Shown one piece after another: positions 1 through 10,280 of a stretch of DNA of 40,263 nucleotides. This DNA is from Candidatus Rokuibacteriota bacterium (GTDB taxonomy: Bacteria > Methylomirabilota > Methylomirabilia > Rokubacteriales > CSP1-6). A program made the translations under genes and the position numbers. The DNA lies in assembly GCA_016184305.1 (NCBI GenBank), contig JACPCX010000123.1:1-40263 (forward strand). The letters are read 5' to 3'. The notes under the pieces are model-generated. The model did not search any database, was not told the DNA's origin, and worked only from the letters and a program-made list of their open reading frames with translations. Each line of letters begins with the position of its first letter. Position 1 is the first letter of the stretch.

Positions 1-138
1 GAGGTAGTGCTGGCCCACCCACACCGAGTCGAAGCCGAGCTCGCGCATGAGGCGCACCTGCTCCACCGTCTCGCGGAAGGCTGCCGCGGTATGGGTGCCG
101 GGAGCGAACTGCGAGTTGAGCATGATGCCGATCTTCAC
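1..138 (-). CDS. LLM-class flavin-dependent oxidoreductase, 5' part (runs off the window start)
   Basis: Manual translation from GTG at 138, preceded by GAGGAG: MKIGIMLNSQFAPGTHTAAAFRETVEQVRLMRELGFDSVWVGQHYL. GFDSVWVGQH is a typical luciferase-like N-terminal motif. Confidence 0.8.
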   Translation of the reverse strand, partial: MKIGIMLNSQFAPGTHTAAAFRETVEQVRLMRELGFDSVWVGQHYL

Positions 139-291
139 GTTGGTCTCCTCGGACGAACGGCGCGCCTCCCGCGCCTTGTCCATCGTGCCGTGGATCTGGT
201 GCTCTTGATGGTCATCCGGCGCTCCCTCGTGGCGGCAGCGGCGCCACGTCTGGCTCGACGCATGGGCCCGCGGCGGCCTCCGGGTGACGAG

Positions 292-320
292 AGCCTAGCG
301 CCCCCCTCTCCGGCGGTCAA
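292..320 (-). promoter_or_regulatory. Putative sigma-70 promoter for the LLM gene
   Basis: Minus strand TTGACC (320-315), 17-nt spacer, TAGGCT (297-292). Confidence 0.5.
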
Positions 321-421
321 GCGGCGCCGCGCGGCCTGCTGGTGTCCTGAAGAGATGACATCGTGAACTCGCCGTCATATCCTGCGGGGCCGGGCCAGGG
401 ATGTATCTATACTGAGACACC

Positions 422-946
422 ATGGCTCATGCGCTCCCGGTCCGGCGCCGCCCGCTCGCCATCGCCACCCTCAGCGTCCTGCTGCTGGCGGGCGCGCTGT
501 GGCCGGTGGTCGGCACGCCGGAGCCGGCACGCACGCTCGCGGGCACCGTGGTCCGCCTCGTGGACGGCGACACCATCCACGTGCAGGTCAACGGTCACGT
601 CGAGAAGGTCCGCTACATCGGCGTCAATACTCCGGAGATCCACCATCCCAGGAAGGGCGAGGAGCCCGGCGGTCGGGAAGCGCGGGAGGTGAACCGGAGG
701 CTCGTCGAGGGCCGGTCGGTCAGGCTCGAGCCCGACGTGCAGCAGCGCGACCGCTACGGGCGGCTCCTCGCCTACGTCTGGGTCCGTCAGGACGACGGCG
801 GCGAGGTCATGGTCAATGCCGAGCTGGTCCGTCTCGGCTATGCCCAGGTCATGACGATCCCGCCCAACGTCCGCTACACGAGCACCTTCCTCGCGTTCCA
901 GCGCCAGGCCCGCGACGGGCAGCGCGGGCTGTGGCGCCAGCCGTGA
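422..946 (+). CDS. Thermonuclease (SNase-like) family protein, exported or membrane-anchored
   Basis: VVRLVDGDTI, VRYIGVNTPE, RDRYGRLLAYVW, VNAELVRLGYA and ARDGQRGLW motifs; N-terminal hydrophobic segment. Confidence 0.93.
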   Translation: MAHALPVRRRPLAIATLSVLLLAGALWPVVGTPEPARTLAGTVVRLVDGDTIHVQVNGHVEKVRYIGVNTPEIHHPRKGEEPGGREAREVNRRLVEGRSVRLEPDVQQRDRYGRLLAYVWVRQDDGGEVMVNAELVRLGYAQVMTIPPNVRYTSTFLAFQRQARDGQRGLWRQP

Positions 947-1018
947 CCACCGCCGGGCCGAGCCTCGATCGGCGCCGGGGCGGACCGGAGACGCGCGCGG
1001 GAGTATACTGACACCCCT

Positions 1019-2023
1019 GTGAAGATCGGCTCCGTCGAGATTCCCTCGGTCACCCGTCTCGCCCCCATGGCGGGCATCACCAACGCCCCCTTCCGCCTGA
1101 TCGCCCGGGAATGCGGCAGCGGGCTCACCACCACGGAGGAGATGGACGCCGCCGCGCTGTCCATGCACACGCCGCACGCCGACGCGATCGCCGCCTACTA
1201 CCCCGAGGAGCGCCCGCTGGCCATGCAGCTCCTGGGCAAGGATCCGGACATCCTCGCGCGCGCGGCCGCGCGCCTCCAGCAGCTCGGGGCGGACATCGTG
1301 GACCTCAACATGGGCTGCCCCATGCGGCAGATCACCGGCAAGGGCAAGGGAGCCGCCCTCATGCGGGATGTGCCGGCCGCGGCGCGCATCCTGCGCGCCC
1401 TCCGCCGGGCGATCACCGTGCCGCTCACGATCAAGATCCGCAGCGGCTGGGACGACGGGCACCTGAACGCCGTGGAGGTGGCGCGCATGGCCGAGAGCGA
1501 GGGTGTGGACGCCATCACCGTGCATCCGCGCACGCGCGCCCAGCGGCACGCGGGCCGGGCGCCCTGGGCGATCATCGGCGAGGTCGTGGACGCGGTGCGC
1601 GTCCCGGTGACGGGCAACGGAGACGTGCGCTCCATGGCCGATGCGCGGCGGATGATGGCCGAGACCGGCTGCCAGTCCGTCATGATCGGGCGCGGAGCGC
1701 TGGGGCGGCCGTGGGTGTTCGGCGAGAGCTTCGAGGCGCTCCCGCCCGAGGCGCAGCGCGATGACAAGGCGCGCGTCATCGCTCGCCACTGTGCGCTGAT
1801 CCGCCAGCACTTCAGCAAGAAGTACGCGCTGGTGCAGATGCAGAAGCATCTGGCGTGGTACACGGAGGGGCTCGGTCACGCCAGCGACTGCCGGCGCCTG
1901 ATCTTCCAGACCCGCGCCGCCGACGAGGCGTGGGAGGTCTTCGAGCGCTACTGGGACGCCGTCCGTCCCGATCCGGTCGGTCGGCCGGCAGTCCCCGAGG
2001 ATGCGCCCCTCGCCGCTGGCTGA
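1019..2023 (+). CDS. dusB: tRNA-dihydrouridine synthase (DusB type)
   Basis: LAPMAGITNAPFR, DLNMGCP (catalytic Cys), TIKIRSGWD, ITVHPRT, GNGDV and VMIGRGALGRPW motifs. Confidence 0.9.
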   Translation: MKIGSVEIPSVTRLAPMAGITNAPFRLIARECGSGLTTTEEMDAAALSMHTPHADAIAAYYPEERPLAMQLLGKDPDILARAAARLQQLGADIVDLNMGCPMRQITGKGKGAALMRDVPAAARILRALRRAITVPLTIKIRSGWDDGHLNAVEVARMAESEGVDAITVHPRTRAQRHAGRAPWAIIGEVVDAVRVPVTGNGDVRSMADARRMMAETGCQSVMIGRGALGRPWVFGESFEALPPEAQRDDKARVIARHCALIRQHFSKKYALVQMQKHLAWYTEGLGHASDCRRLIFQTRAADEAWEVFERYWDAVRPDPVGRPAVPEDAPLAAG

Positions 2024-2060
2024 CCCCACGCCCCGGACTGCCCGGAATGCTCGAGTAGCC

Positions 2061-3586
2061 ATGCGCATCGGCGTCCGCCAGAAGCTCGTCCTCGTCAGCC
2101 TCGTCGTGCTGGTCGGCGTGTCCTTCGGGTTCACCGCGCTCAACCTCACGCTGTCCCGTGGGTGGGTCGAGGAGGACCTGAAGGAGCGCGCCATCGCGTT
2201 CGCCCGGGAGATCGCGGCGACCATCGGCGATCGCCGGGAGTTCGAGAGCACGGAGCTGCTCGAAGGGCAGATCCACGAGATCCTGACGATCCGGCGGAGC
2301 GTCACCCAGCTCGACGTTCTCGCCTTCGGTGCCGACGGGACGCGCGTGGCCGCCGCAAGCCAGCCAGACAGGCGGCTGCCGTTCACCCGGAAGGATGTCG
2401 AGCAGGCCCGGCAGGGCCAGGTGATCTCCCGGCTCGTCGAGGGCGAAGGGGACCGGTACTGGGAAGTGATGGCTCCGATCACGCTCGGCGGGACGGTCGC
2501 CGGCGCGGTGGCTGCCAAGTTCTCCCTGGAGCGCGCCGACCACCTCGGGGCGCGAACGCGCAGGTGGACGCTCCTCCTCACCGCGGCCTCGGTGGTCGTC
2601 ATGGGGTTGCTCATGAGCCTCGCCGTGTATCAGGTCGTGGACCGGCCGATCCGGACCTTCCTGGAGGCCATCAGCGCGCTCCGCGGCGGGGCCACCCAGG
2701 CCCGCGTCCGGCTGGAATCGACGGACGAGTTCGGAACGCTCGCCCGGCAGTTCAACGAGATGATCGCCCGGATCGGCCAGTTCAGCGAGGAGATGCAGGC
2801 CCGGGTGAAGGAGGCCACGGCCGAGCTGGACCAGCGGTACCAGGAGGTCCAGCGACTCAACCGGCTCCTGTTCGATATGCAGCGCCGTCTCGGTCATGCC
2901 GAGCGGCTCGCCGTGTCCGGCCGGATCATGGCAGAGGTGGCTCACGAGGTGGGCACGCCCCTGCATTCCGTGGCCGGGCACCTGGAGCTGCTGCGGCAGG
3001 AGCTCCCGTCCGATCTGCTCACGCTCGACACCCGCCGGCGGCTGGCGGTCATCGAAACCCAGGTCGCCCGCGTGGCGGAGATCATCACCCAGCTCCTGGA
3101 CCTCACGCGACGCTCCCCCGGAGAGCCAACCCGTGTGGATCTGGGTCGGCTCGTCAGGGAGACCGTCGAGCTGGTGGGCCCGAGCATGGCCGCCGTGGGC
3201 GTGGCCCTTCACATGACGACCGAGCCGGAGCTGCCCCCGGTTCGTGGGTACGCTACCCAGCTGGAACAGGTGATCCTCAACCTCCTCACGAATGCCATGG
3301 ACGCGACGCCCCACGGAGGGCGCGTGGAGATCGCGACGTCCGCTCCCGGAGATCGGGACCACGTCGCGATGGAAGTCCGTGACACCGGGCGGGGGATTCC
3401 AGCGGCGCTCCGGACGCGGATCTTCGAGCCGTTCTTCTCCACCAAGGAAGCCGGGCGCGGCACCGGGCTCGGGTTGTTCATCTCGGCGCAGATCGTCCGC
3501 GAGCACGGCGGGACCATCGACGTCGCCGGCGCCGAGGAGGGCGGCAGTGTGTTCCGGGTCGTCTTCCCGATTGCGGAGCCAGCCAC

Positions 3587-3590
<4 letters not shown>
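2061..3590 (+). CDS. Membrane sensor histidine kinase (two TM helices, periplasmic domain, HAMP, HisKA, HATPase)
   Basis: DEFGTLARQFNEM (HAMP), AHEVGTPL (H-box), QVILNLLTNAMDA (N-box), DTGRGI, FEPFFSTK, GTGLGL. Start placed at ATG 2061 (MRIGVRQK), just after the dusB stop. Confidence 0.92.
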
Positions 3591-4950
<1,360 letters not shown>

Positions 4951-4954
<4 letters not shown>

Positions 4955-5682
4955 GCCGGGCCGTGCTCTGTCTCGCGCTGGGTCTGCTGATCTCCGGCTG
5001 CGCGTCCGCGCCGTCAGATGGGGAGCGCGGAGAAATCATCCGGCGCATCCTCCCGTCCACGGTGCAGCTTCGCGCGGAGCGCCAGGGCGGCGCGCGCCGG
5101 GCCGCCTCGGGGGTCGTGCTGGCTTCGGACCCCGCGTCAGGCCGTTCCTGGATCATCACGACACGCCACTTCCTGGATCCGCCCGGGGCTCAGGAGGTGT
5201 ACGTCAGCAGCCCTGGGCGAAAGGGGCGTACGAAGGCCGTGGTGGCCGCCGTGAGCCCGGACCTGGATCTGGCGGTGATCGAGGTGGACGGACTCAGCCT
5301 CCCACCCGTGAGATTCAAGGAGGTTGCCCGCCTCGGGGACGAGGTGTGGGTCGTCGCCTTTCCCTGGGGACGCCGGCTCACCGTGGTCTCCGGCGTGGTC
5401 AGTCAGCTCGTATCCCGTGAGGACGAGGTCCCCGTCGAGGGGACGGTGAGGATGGTCGACGCCTCCGTGAGCTACGGGGCGAGCGGGGGCGGGGTATTCG
5501 ACGCCGAGAGCGGCGCGCTCATCGGCATCGTGGAGGGCTACCGCACGGCCAACGTCTCTCTCCCCGAGGCTCCCTCGCGGGTCGTGCCGGTGCCGGTCCC
5601 GGGGGAGACCACCGTCATCGCGGCCCGGACCATTCTTCGCTTCCTGACCGCTTCGGGGCTCGAGGCGATCGTGCCCAGATGA
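4951..5682 (+). CDS. Trypsin-like serine protease, probable lipoprotein
   Basis: ATG 4951 overlaps the regulator stop. Lipobox-like LLISGC. Catalytic triad motifs ITTRHF, DLAVI and SYGASGG. Confidence 0.85.
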
Positions 5683-5685
5683 ATC

Positions 5686-5719
5686 CCGGCGGGCAGACCG
5701 AACATGGCCTGCCCGCCGG
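5686..5719. terminator. GC-rich hairpin between convergent genes, probable terminator
   Basis: CCGGCGGGCAG (5686-5696) pairs with CTGCCCGCCGG (5709-5719). No clear U-tract. Confidence 0.5.
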
Positions 5720-5737
5720 CCCCGGCCGTCTGCGTGG

Positions 5738-6001
5738 TTACTCGGAGATCTGGATTTCCGTCACGACCTTCTGCCCGTCGCGCTCCTCGTAGGAGGCCTT
5801 CACCGAGGCGCCTTCCTTCAGCCCCTCGGCCGGGAGCCCCTCGGCCAGCCGGAGCTGGGTGCCGTCCTCGAGGACGAACATGCGCTCCGAGGCGTCGACC
5901 TTCTGGATCTTCCCGGAGATCTCCTCGGCCGCGGCGATGCCGACCCCGAGCCCCAGCAGCACAGCCAGCGCCAACCCCATCACGTTCTTCATGCTCTTCA
6001 T
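5738..6001 (-). CDS. Small exported protein, DUF1344-like (OB-fold type)
   Basis: Signal peptide ending IAAA-EE; GKIQKVD, VLEDG, GLKEGASVKASYEERDGQKVV; AAGGAGG RBS upstream. Confidence 0.75.
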   Translation of the reverse strand: MKSMKNVMGLALAVLLGLGVGIAAAEEISGKIQKVDASERMFVLEDGTQLRLAEGLPAEGLKEGASVKASYEERDGQKVVTEIQISE

Positions 6002-6070
6002 GCGAACTTCCTCCTTGCTCTGCGGTGTGTGTGTGAACTGCCATCGACGTCACAGTCGACCGCTATCCAG

Positions 6071-6086
6071 AGCAAGCGAGGTGCCA
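6071..6086 (-). promoter_or_regulatory. Sigma-54 (-24/-12) promoter of the DUF1344-like gene
   Basis: Minus strand TGGCAC-CTCGC-TTGCT, a full match to TGGCAC-N5-TTGCW, about 70 bp upstream of the ATG. Confidence 0.8.
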
Positions 6087-6160
6087 CTCGCGCGGCGCGC
6101 CCGGCCACCAGCGAATTCAGGCGGTTGGTGTCCTCGGCCTCGCCTTCGGACGGCCAGGCG

Positions 6161-6197
6161 TGTGGCAGGCCGGATCACCGTGTGGCGCATCGCCACA
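6161..6197. promoter_or_regulatory. Candidate enhancer (bEBP binding) sites
   Basis: Perfect palindrome TGTGGCG-CAT-CGCCACA (6181-6197) plus a TGTGGC half-site at 6161, about 100 bp upstream of the sigma-54 promoter. Confidence 0.55.
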
Positions 6198-6236
6198 TCG
6201 CGGGCGCAGCGACCCGGGGGGCGGCGGCAACGGCGA

Positions 6237-7337
6237 CTACTGCGAGCGGCCGCGGCCGGAGATCTCCCACACCGCCTCGACCCTGTCCCCACGCATGGCG
6301 TAGAGACGATCGTAGAGGTTGATGGTCGGATCGCAGTGGGGCGGGAAGAACTCGACGAGATCACCGAGCCGCGGCGCGCGATCCGGGTCGACGATGGTGA
6401 GCCGCCCGTGCTCGTCCCCGGCCCACGAGTACTCGAGGCCCGGCCACTCGACCGCCTCGGGGACGAAGGGCTTGTCCGTGGAGAAGGCCTTGAACCCCGC
6501 GTCCACCATGGCCAGCTCGGCGCTCGGCCGGCTCACCACCGTGGTGAGCACCGTGAGCGCCATCTCGAAGCTGTCGTAGACCTTCCCGCCCCGGCTGCCG
6601 ATCCGCCGGTAGTCGAGATCCATCACGCAGTACGAGCCCGACTGGAGCTCCGTCAGCCCCGGGAGTTCCACGTCGATATCGAAAGTGCCGCTGGAGCCCC
6701 CGCTCACGATCTCCACGGGCAGCCCGTGCTTGTCGAAGAGGTCGCGCGTCCTCATCAGCTTGCGCATCCACTTGAGCGAGGCGCGCCGGCGCGACTGCCA
6801 GCCCATCACGTGGGCGCATTGCCCGGCATACCCCTGGAGTCCGCGGAGGTTGAGCGCGGGCTCGTTCATGACCTGCCGTCCCAGGAAAAGCGCCGCCTCG
6901 CCGGGCTCGATGCCCGTGCGCCGGCCGCCGACCTCCACGTCCACCAGCACGTTGAGCACGCGTCCGGCGCGCGCCATGGCCTGCCCCAGCTCGCGCACGT
7001 TGTCCGCGTGATCCACGACGACCATGGTCTCGGCCTGGCGTCCGAGGACGTGCAGGAGCCGGCCGATCTTCTCCGCCCCCACCACTTCCGTGGTGATGAG
7101 GAGATTGCGGACGCCGGCGGCGGCCATCACCTCGGCCTCGCTGACCTTGGCCACGCAGACGCCGGCGGCGCCTGCGGCCACCTGCCGCCGGGCGATCTCC
7201 GGGCACTTGTGCGTCTTGGCGTGGGGGCGCAGCTTCTTGCCGGCGGACTTCACGTGGGCGGCCATCGTCTGGATATTGCGCTCGAAGCGGTCGAGGTCGA
7301 GGAGCAGCGCAGGCGTCGGGATCTCGGCTCGTGTCAT
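6237..7337 (-). CDS. Fold-type III PLP enzyme, DSD1 / D-threonine aldolase / D-serine dehydratase family
   Basis: TPALLLDL, LRPHAKTHK (PLP Lys), RRTG, GGSSGT, DAGFKAFSTD, DEHG and HCDPTINL motifs. Confidence 0.9.
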   Translation of the reverse strand: MTRAEIPTPALLLDLDRFERNIQTMAAHVKSAGKKLRPHAKTHKCPEIARRQVAAGAAGVCVAKVSEAEVMAAAGVRNLLITTEVVGAEKIGRLLHVLGRQAETMVVVDHADNVRELGQAMARAGRVLNVLVDVEVGGRRTGIEPGEAALFLGRQVMNEPALNLRGLQGYAGQCAHVMGWQSRRRASLKWMRKLMRTRDLFDKHGLPVEIVSGGSSGTFDIDVELPGLTELQSGSYCVMDLDYRRIGSRGGKVYDSFEMALTVLTTVVSRPSAELAMVDAGFKAFSTDKPFVPEAVEWPGLEYSWAGDEHGRLTIVDPDRAPRLGDLVEFFPPHCDPTINLYDRLYAMRGDRVEAVWEISGRGRSQ

Positions 7338-7360
7338 GGCGCGAGGAGCTTACCATAGGA

Positions 7361-7448
7361 GGCGCGGGCGCCCGGGCTGTCGCCCGCCCGCGCCCTGCGG
7401 CTCGCTGCGCTCGGCCCTTCCCCGCGGCGCGGGCACCCGGGCTGTCGC
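7361..7448 (+). repeat. Two copies of a 23-bp REP-like intergenic repeat
   Basis: GGCGCGGGCGCCCGGGCTGTCGC (7361-7383) and GGCGCGGGCACCCGGGCTGTCGC (7426-7448). Confidence 0.75.
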
Positions 7449-7479
7449 GCGCCGCTGCCTCCCGTGTATGATGGGCGCC

Positions 7480-8094
7480 ATGATGACACGCACGCCCATC
7501 CACCCCGGCACGGTCGACTGGTCCGGCGAGAACCCCGGCATGTATCTCAAGGAGGCGGCCGACGGCCCCTTCGTGACGCTCGTGAGCTTCTTCCGCGTCG
7601 TGCTCTCGCCCCACGGTCGCGGTCATGCCCTCGTCCTCCTCGAGGCGCCGATGCTCGACCGGAGCCTGCCGGAGGCGCTCAATGTCTGCGTGACCGACAA
7701 CGAGCCCCTGGCCCGCTGGCTCGTCCAGGAGTTCGTCGCCCACTTCGGCGCCTTCCGCGGCGTCACGGCGCTCGAGGCCATGGCGTACCGGCCGCTCCAG
7801 GGCGTGGCGACCTCGGGCGATCAGCGCGCGAGCCACGTGGAGTGGGTGAAGGGCGACGGCGTCGAGGCCACGCTGGCCTGGGAGGGGCTGGGCCAGCCCT
7901 TCATCGTGGAGATGCCCGTGGACAGGTCGGCCACGGGGCGGCACGAGATGTTCAGCCTCTTCGTCGAGTCGGAGCGCGTGAACCCCCGGGTGAATGGCCG
8001 GCCCCTCAGGGGCCGTCCCTTCCCGCGCGACTTCGCCGGCAGGCGCAGCAGCACCGCCTTCCTGGCCTTCTCGGAAACATGGGTGCGCCCGTGA
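7480..8094 (+). CDS. Hypothetical protein (204 aa)
   Basis: Natural-looking globular sequence (VDWSGENPGMYLK ... STAFLAFSETW) with GC3-rich codons. TATGAT lies 7 nt before the ATG. Confidence 0.8.
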   Translation: MMTRTPIHPGTVDWSGENPGMYLKEAADGPFVTLVSFFRVVLSPHGRGHALVLLEAPMLDRSLPEALNVCVTDNEPLARWLVQEFVAHFGAFRGVTALEAMAYRPLQGVATSGDQRASHVEWVKGDGVEATLAWEGLGQPFIVEMPVDRSATGRHEMFSLFVESERVNPRVNGRPLRGRPFPRDFAGRRSSTAFLAFSETWVRP

Positions 8095-8155
8095 GCACAC
8101 CGGCGCGGGCGTGGCGACAGCCCGGGTGCCCGCGCCTGGTGGTGCGCCCGTGAGC
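8082..8155. repeat. 15-bp direct repeat enclosing a 44-bp hairpin that carries an inverted REP-like copy
   Basis: GGTGCGCCCGTGAGC at 8082-8096 and 8141-8155. Positions 8114-8136 are the exact reverse complement of 7426-7448. Confidence 0.75.
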
Positions 8156-9322
8156 CGGTCGGGGCGGCCGTTCCTGCAGATTCCCGGCCCCACGCTTGTG
8201 CCCGAGCGCATCGTGCGGGCCATGTCCGAGTCCATCATCGATCATCGGGGTCCGCGCTTCGCGGCCCTCGTTCGCGAGTGCCTGGATGGGCTCAAGGGGA
8301 TCTTCCAGACGGAGCGCGGCCACATCGTCCTCTACCCCGGCTCGGGGACGGGGGCGTGGGAGGCGGCGCTGGTCAACACGCTCTCGCCGGCGGACCGGGT
8401 CCTTGCCTGCGTCAACGGCCACTTCTCCACGGGCTTCGCCAGGGTGGCTGCCGCCTACGGCATCGAGGTGGATCGGGTCGAGGTGCCCTACGGCGCTGGC
8501 ATCCCCGCGGCCGGGGTCGAGGCGCGGCTCAGGGCCGACGGCGGGCACCAGATCCGCGCCCTGCTCGCGGTGCACAACGAGACCTCCACCGGCGTCACCT
8601 CCGACATCCGCGCCTTGCGCCGGGCCATGGACGCCGCACGGCATCCGGCCCTGCTTCTCGTGGACACGGTGTCGTCGCTGGCCTCCATCGACTTCCGCAT
8701 GGACGAGTGGGGTGTGGACGTGACTCTCACCGGGCCGCAGAAGGGGCTCATGCTCCCGCCGGGCATGGCCATCCTCGCCGTGAGCGACAAGGCGCTCGCC
8801 GCCAGCGAGAAGGCCAGGTGCCCCCGCTCCTACTGGGACTGGGCGCCTGTCCTCGAGCGGAACAAGCGCGGTGAGTTCCCCTATACCCCGGCCACCGCCC
8901 TCCTCTTCGGGCTCCGCGAGGCGCTCCTGATGCTGAACGAAGAGGGCCTCGCCAACGTCTTCCAGCGCCACGCGCGGCTGGCCGAAGCCTGCCGCCTGGC
9001 CGTGCGGGGCATGGGGCTCGAGATCCTCTGCCGCAACCCCGCCGAGTACTCGAGCACGCTCACCGCCGTCGTCATGCCGGCGGGCTCGGACTCGGACGCC
9101 TACATCGCCCACGCCAACACGACGCTCGGGATGTCCCTCGGCGTGGGCCTCGGCGAGGCCAAGGGCAGGGTCTTCCGAATCGGCCACCTCGGCAGCCTCA
9201 ACGAGCTGGAGCTTCTCGGCGGACTCGCCGGGGTGGAGATGACGCTCCGGTCCTTCGGCGTCGCCGTGCCCCTCGGCGCGGGCCTCGCCGCCGCGGAGGC
9301 GTACCTCCTCCAGACTGGCTGA
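8150..9322 (+). CDS. Class V aminotransferase (serine--glyoxylate / alanine--glyoxylate type)
   Basis: FLQIPGPT, DHRGP, SGTGAWEAA, VHNETSTG, VDTVSSL, GPQKGLMLPPG (PLP Lys), FPYTP, FRIGHLG. Confidence 0.92.
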   Translation: MSRSGRPFLQIPGPTLVPERIVRAMSESIIDHRGPRFAALVRECLDGLKGIFQTERGHIVLYPGSGTGAWEAALVNTLSPADRVLACVNGHFSTGFARVAAAYGIEVDRVEVPYGAGIPAAGVEARLRADGGHQIRALLAVHNETSTGVTSDIRALRRAMDAARHPALLLVDTVSSLASIDFRMDEWGVDVTLTGPQKGLMLPPGMAILAVSDKALAASEKARCPRSYWDWAPVLERNKRGEFPYTPATALLFGLREALLMLNEEGLANVFQRHARLAEACRLAVRGMGLEILCRNPAEYSSTLTAVVMPAGSDSDAYIAHANTTLGMSLGVGLGEAKGRVFRIGHLGSLNELELLGGLAGVEMTLRSFGVAVPLGAGLAAAEAYLLQTG

Positions 9323-9357
9323 CGGCGTCTGCCCGCGGACCCGCCTCCTCGTCGGCC

Positions 9358-9462
9358 ATGCCCAGGAAGACGCTCCTCGTCGTCGCTCCGGGGCTCCCGG
9401 ACTTCGACCGCCAGGCTGGATCGCGGCGCCTCTATTCCTGGCTTCGGATCCTCGCCACCGAA
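9358..9462 (+). pseudogene. Possible N-terminal fragment of a glycosyltransferase
   Basis: MPRKTLLVVAPGLPDFDRQAGSRRLYSWLRIL resembles the PxxDRxAGSxR start of GT4-type domains. The similarity stops after about 35 codons. Confidence 0.4.
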
Positions 9463-9544
9463 GTGGTGATCAAGGCTATTGACCTTCGCGGTCGCGGCGT
9501 GACACCATGGCGACAGTATTGCCCACCGAGAACAGGAGGCGGCC

Positions 9545-9808
9545 ATGGCGACGAACGGGAAGGTGATGCTGATCGTTCCCCGCTTCGATTACGCGCTGCA
9601 CTCCTGGCTCGAGAAGAAGTTCGACGGGGACCCCGACGTGCTCGTGGTGCGGGACCGCCGCTTGGCGCAGCGCCGCCAGCGCCCCGAGATGCGCTACAGC
9701 GACCGGCGCCACAGCGACCGGCGCCAGACCGATCGCCGGGGACTCGATCTCAACCGCACGGGCGTCATCGTTCCGATCAAGACGGCCGCATCGCTCGGCT
9801 CGTCCTGA
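9545..9808 (+). CDS. Small hypothetical protein with DRR/QRR repeats
   Basis: Strong AGGAGG RBS; VVRDRRLAQRRQ...SDRRHSDRRQTDRR. Confidence 0.75.
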   Translation: MATNGKVMLIVPRFDYALHSWLEKKFDGDPDVLVVRDRRLAQRRQRPEMRYSDRRHSDRRQTDRRGLDLNRTGVIVPIKTAASLGSS

Positions 9809-9830
9809 CCTCGGCGCTGGGCTTCCCTTC

Positions 9831-10280
9831 CTAGCCGACGCTCACCTGATCGCTCAGCTCATTGGTGTCGTCCCTGCGCCGGGGGAAGTGCCGGCACAGC
9901 AGCTCGCCCACTTCACGCACCGCGTGGATGAGCCCGTCGCGGGAGCGCTGCTCGCGGAAGTGTGACGTGATCGCGTCCACGAGGCGCTGCCAGTATTCCT
10001 CTCCGACCCGCCCATGGATCCCCGCATCCCCGATGACTGCGAGCCTCCGGTCCCCGACGGCGACGTAGATCAGGACGCCGTGGCGCCCGGCCGTCCGGTG
10101 CATGCCGAGCCGCTCGAAGACCTTCACGGCCTGCACCATCGGATCGCCGGGGCACCGGGCGTCGAGGTGCACGCGGATCTCGGCCGAGGTGCGGGCTTCC
10201 GCCTCGGCGACAGCGCGCGCCACCCTGTCGAGGTCGGCCTCGCTCATGAAACGGCGGACCCAGCGCGGATGGCGCGCCAT
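9831..10280 (-). CDS. TPM-domain protein (short form)
   Basis: AVAEAEARTSAEIRVH, GVLIYVAV, LAVIGDAGI, HFP..DDTNELSD. ATG 10280 is coupled to the upstream stop (TGATG). Confidence 0.88.
   Translation of the reverse strand: MARHPRWVRRFMSEADLDRVARAVAEAEARTSAEIRVHLDARCPGDPMVQAVKVFERLGMHRTAGRHGVLIYVAVGDRRLAVIGDAGIHGRVGEEYWQRLVDAITSHFREQRSRDGLIHAVREVGELLCRHFPRRRDDTNELSDQVSVG

Noticed and set aside
135..320. 61-aa minus-strand ORF upstream of the LLM gene
   Set aside because: Arg-rich low-complexity translation whose listed start coincides with the predicted -35 element; no evidence of coding.
407..2614. Long minus-strand ORF of 735 aa, and similar long ORFs such as 13509-16460(+), 16373-18484(+), 21676-23175(+) and 37283-39076(+)
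   Set aside because: Antisense shadows of well-supported genes. Stop codons are scarce in high-GC DNA and the translations carry no recognisable motifs.
7361..7448. Two 23-bp repeats with a 42-bp gap as a mini-CRISPR
   Set aside because: Only two units, other copies are dispersed and inverted, and there are no cas genes. It fits a REP-like element better.
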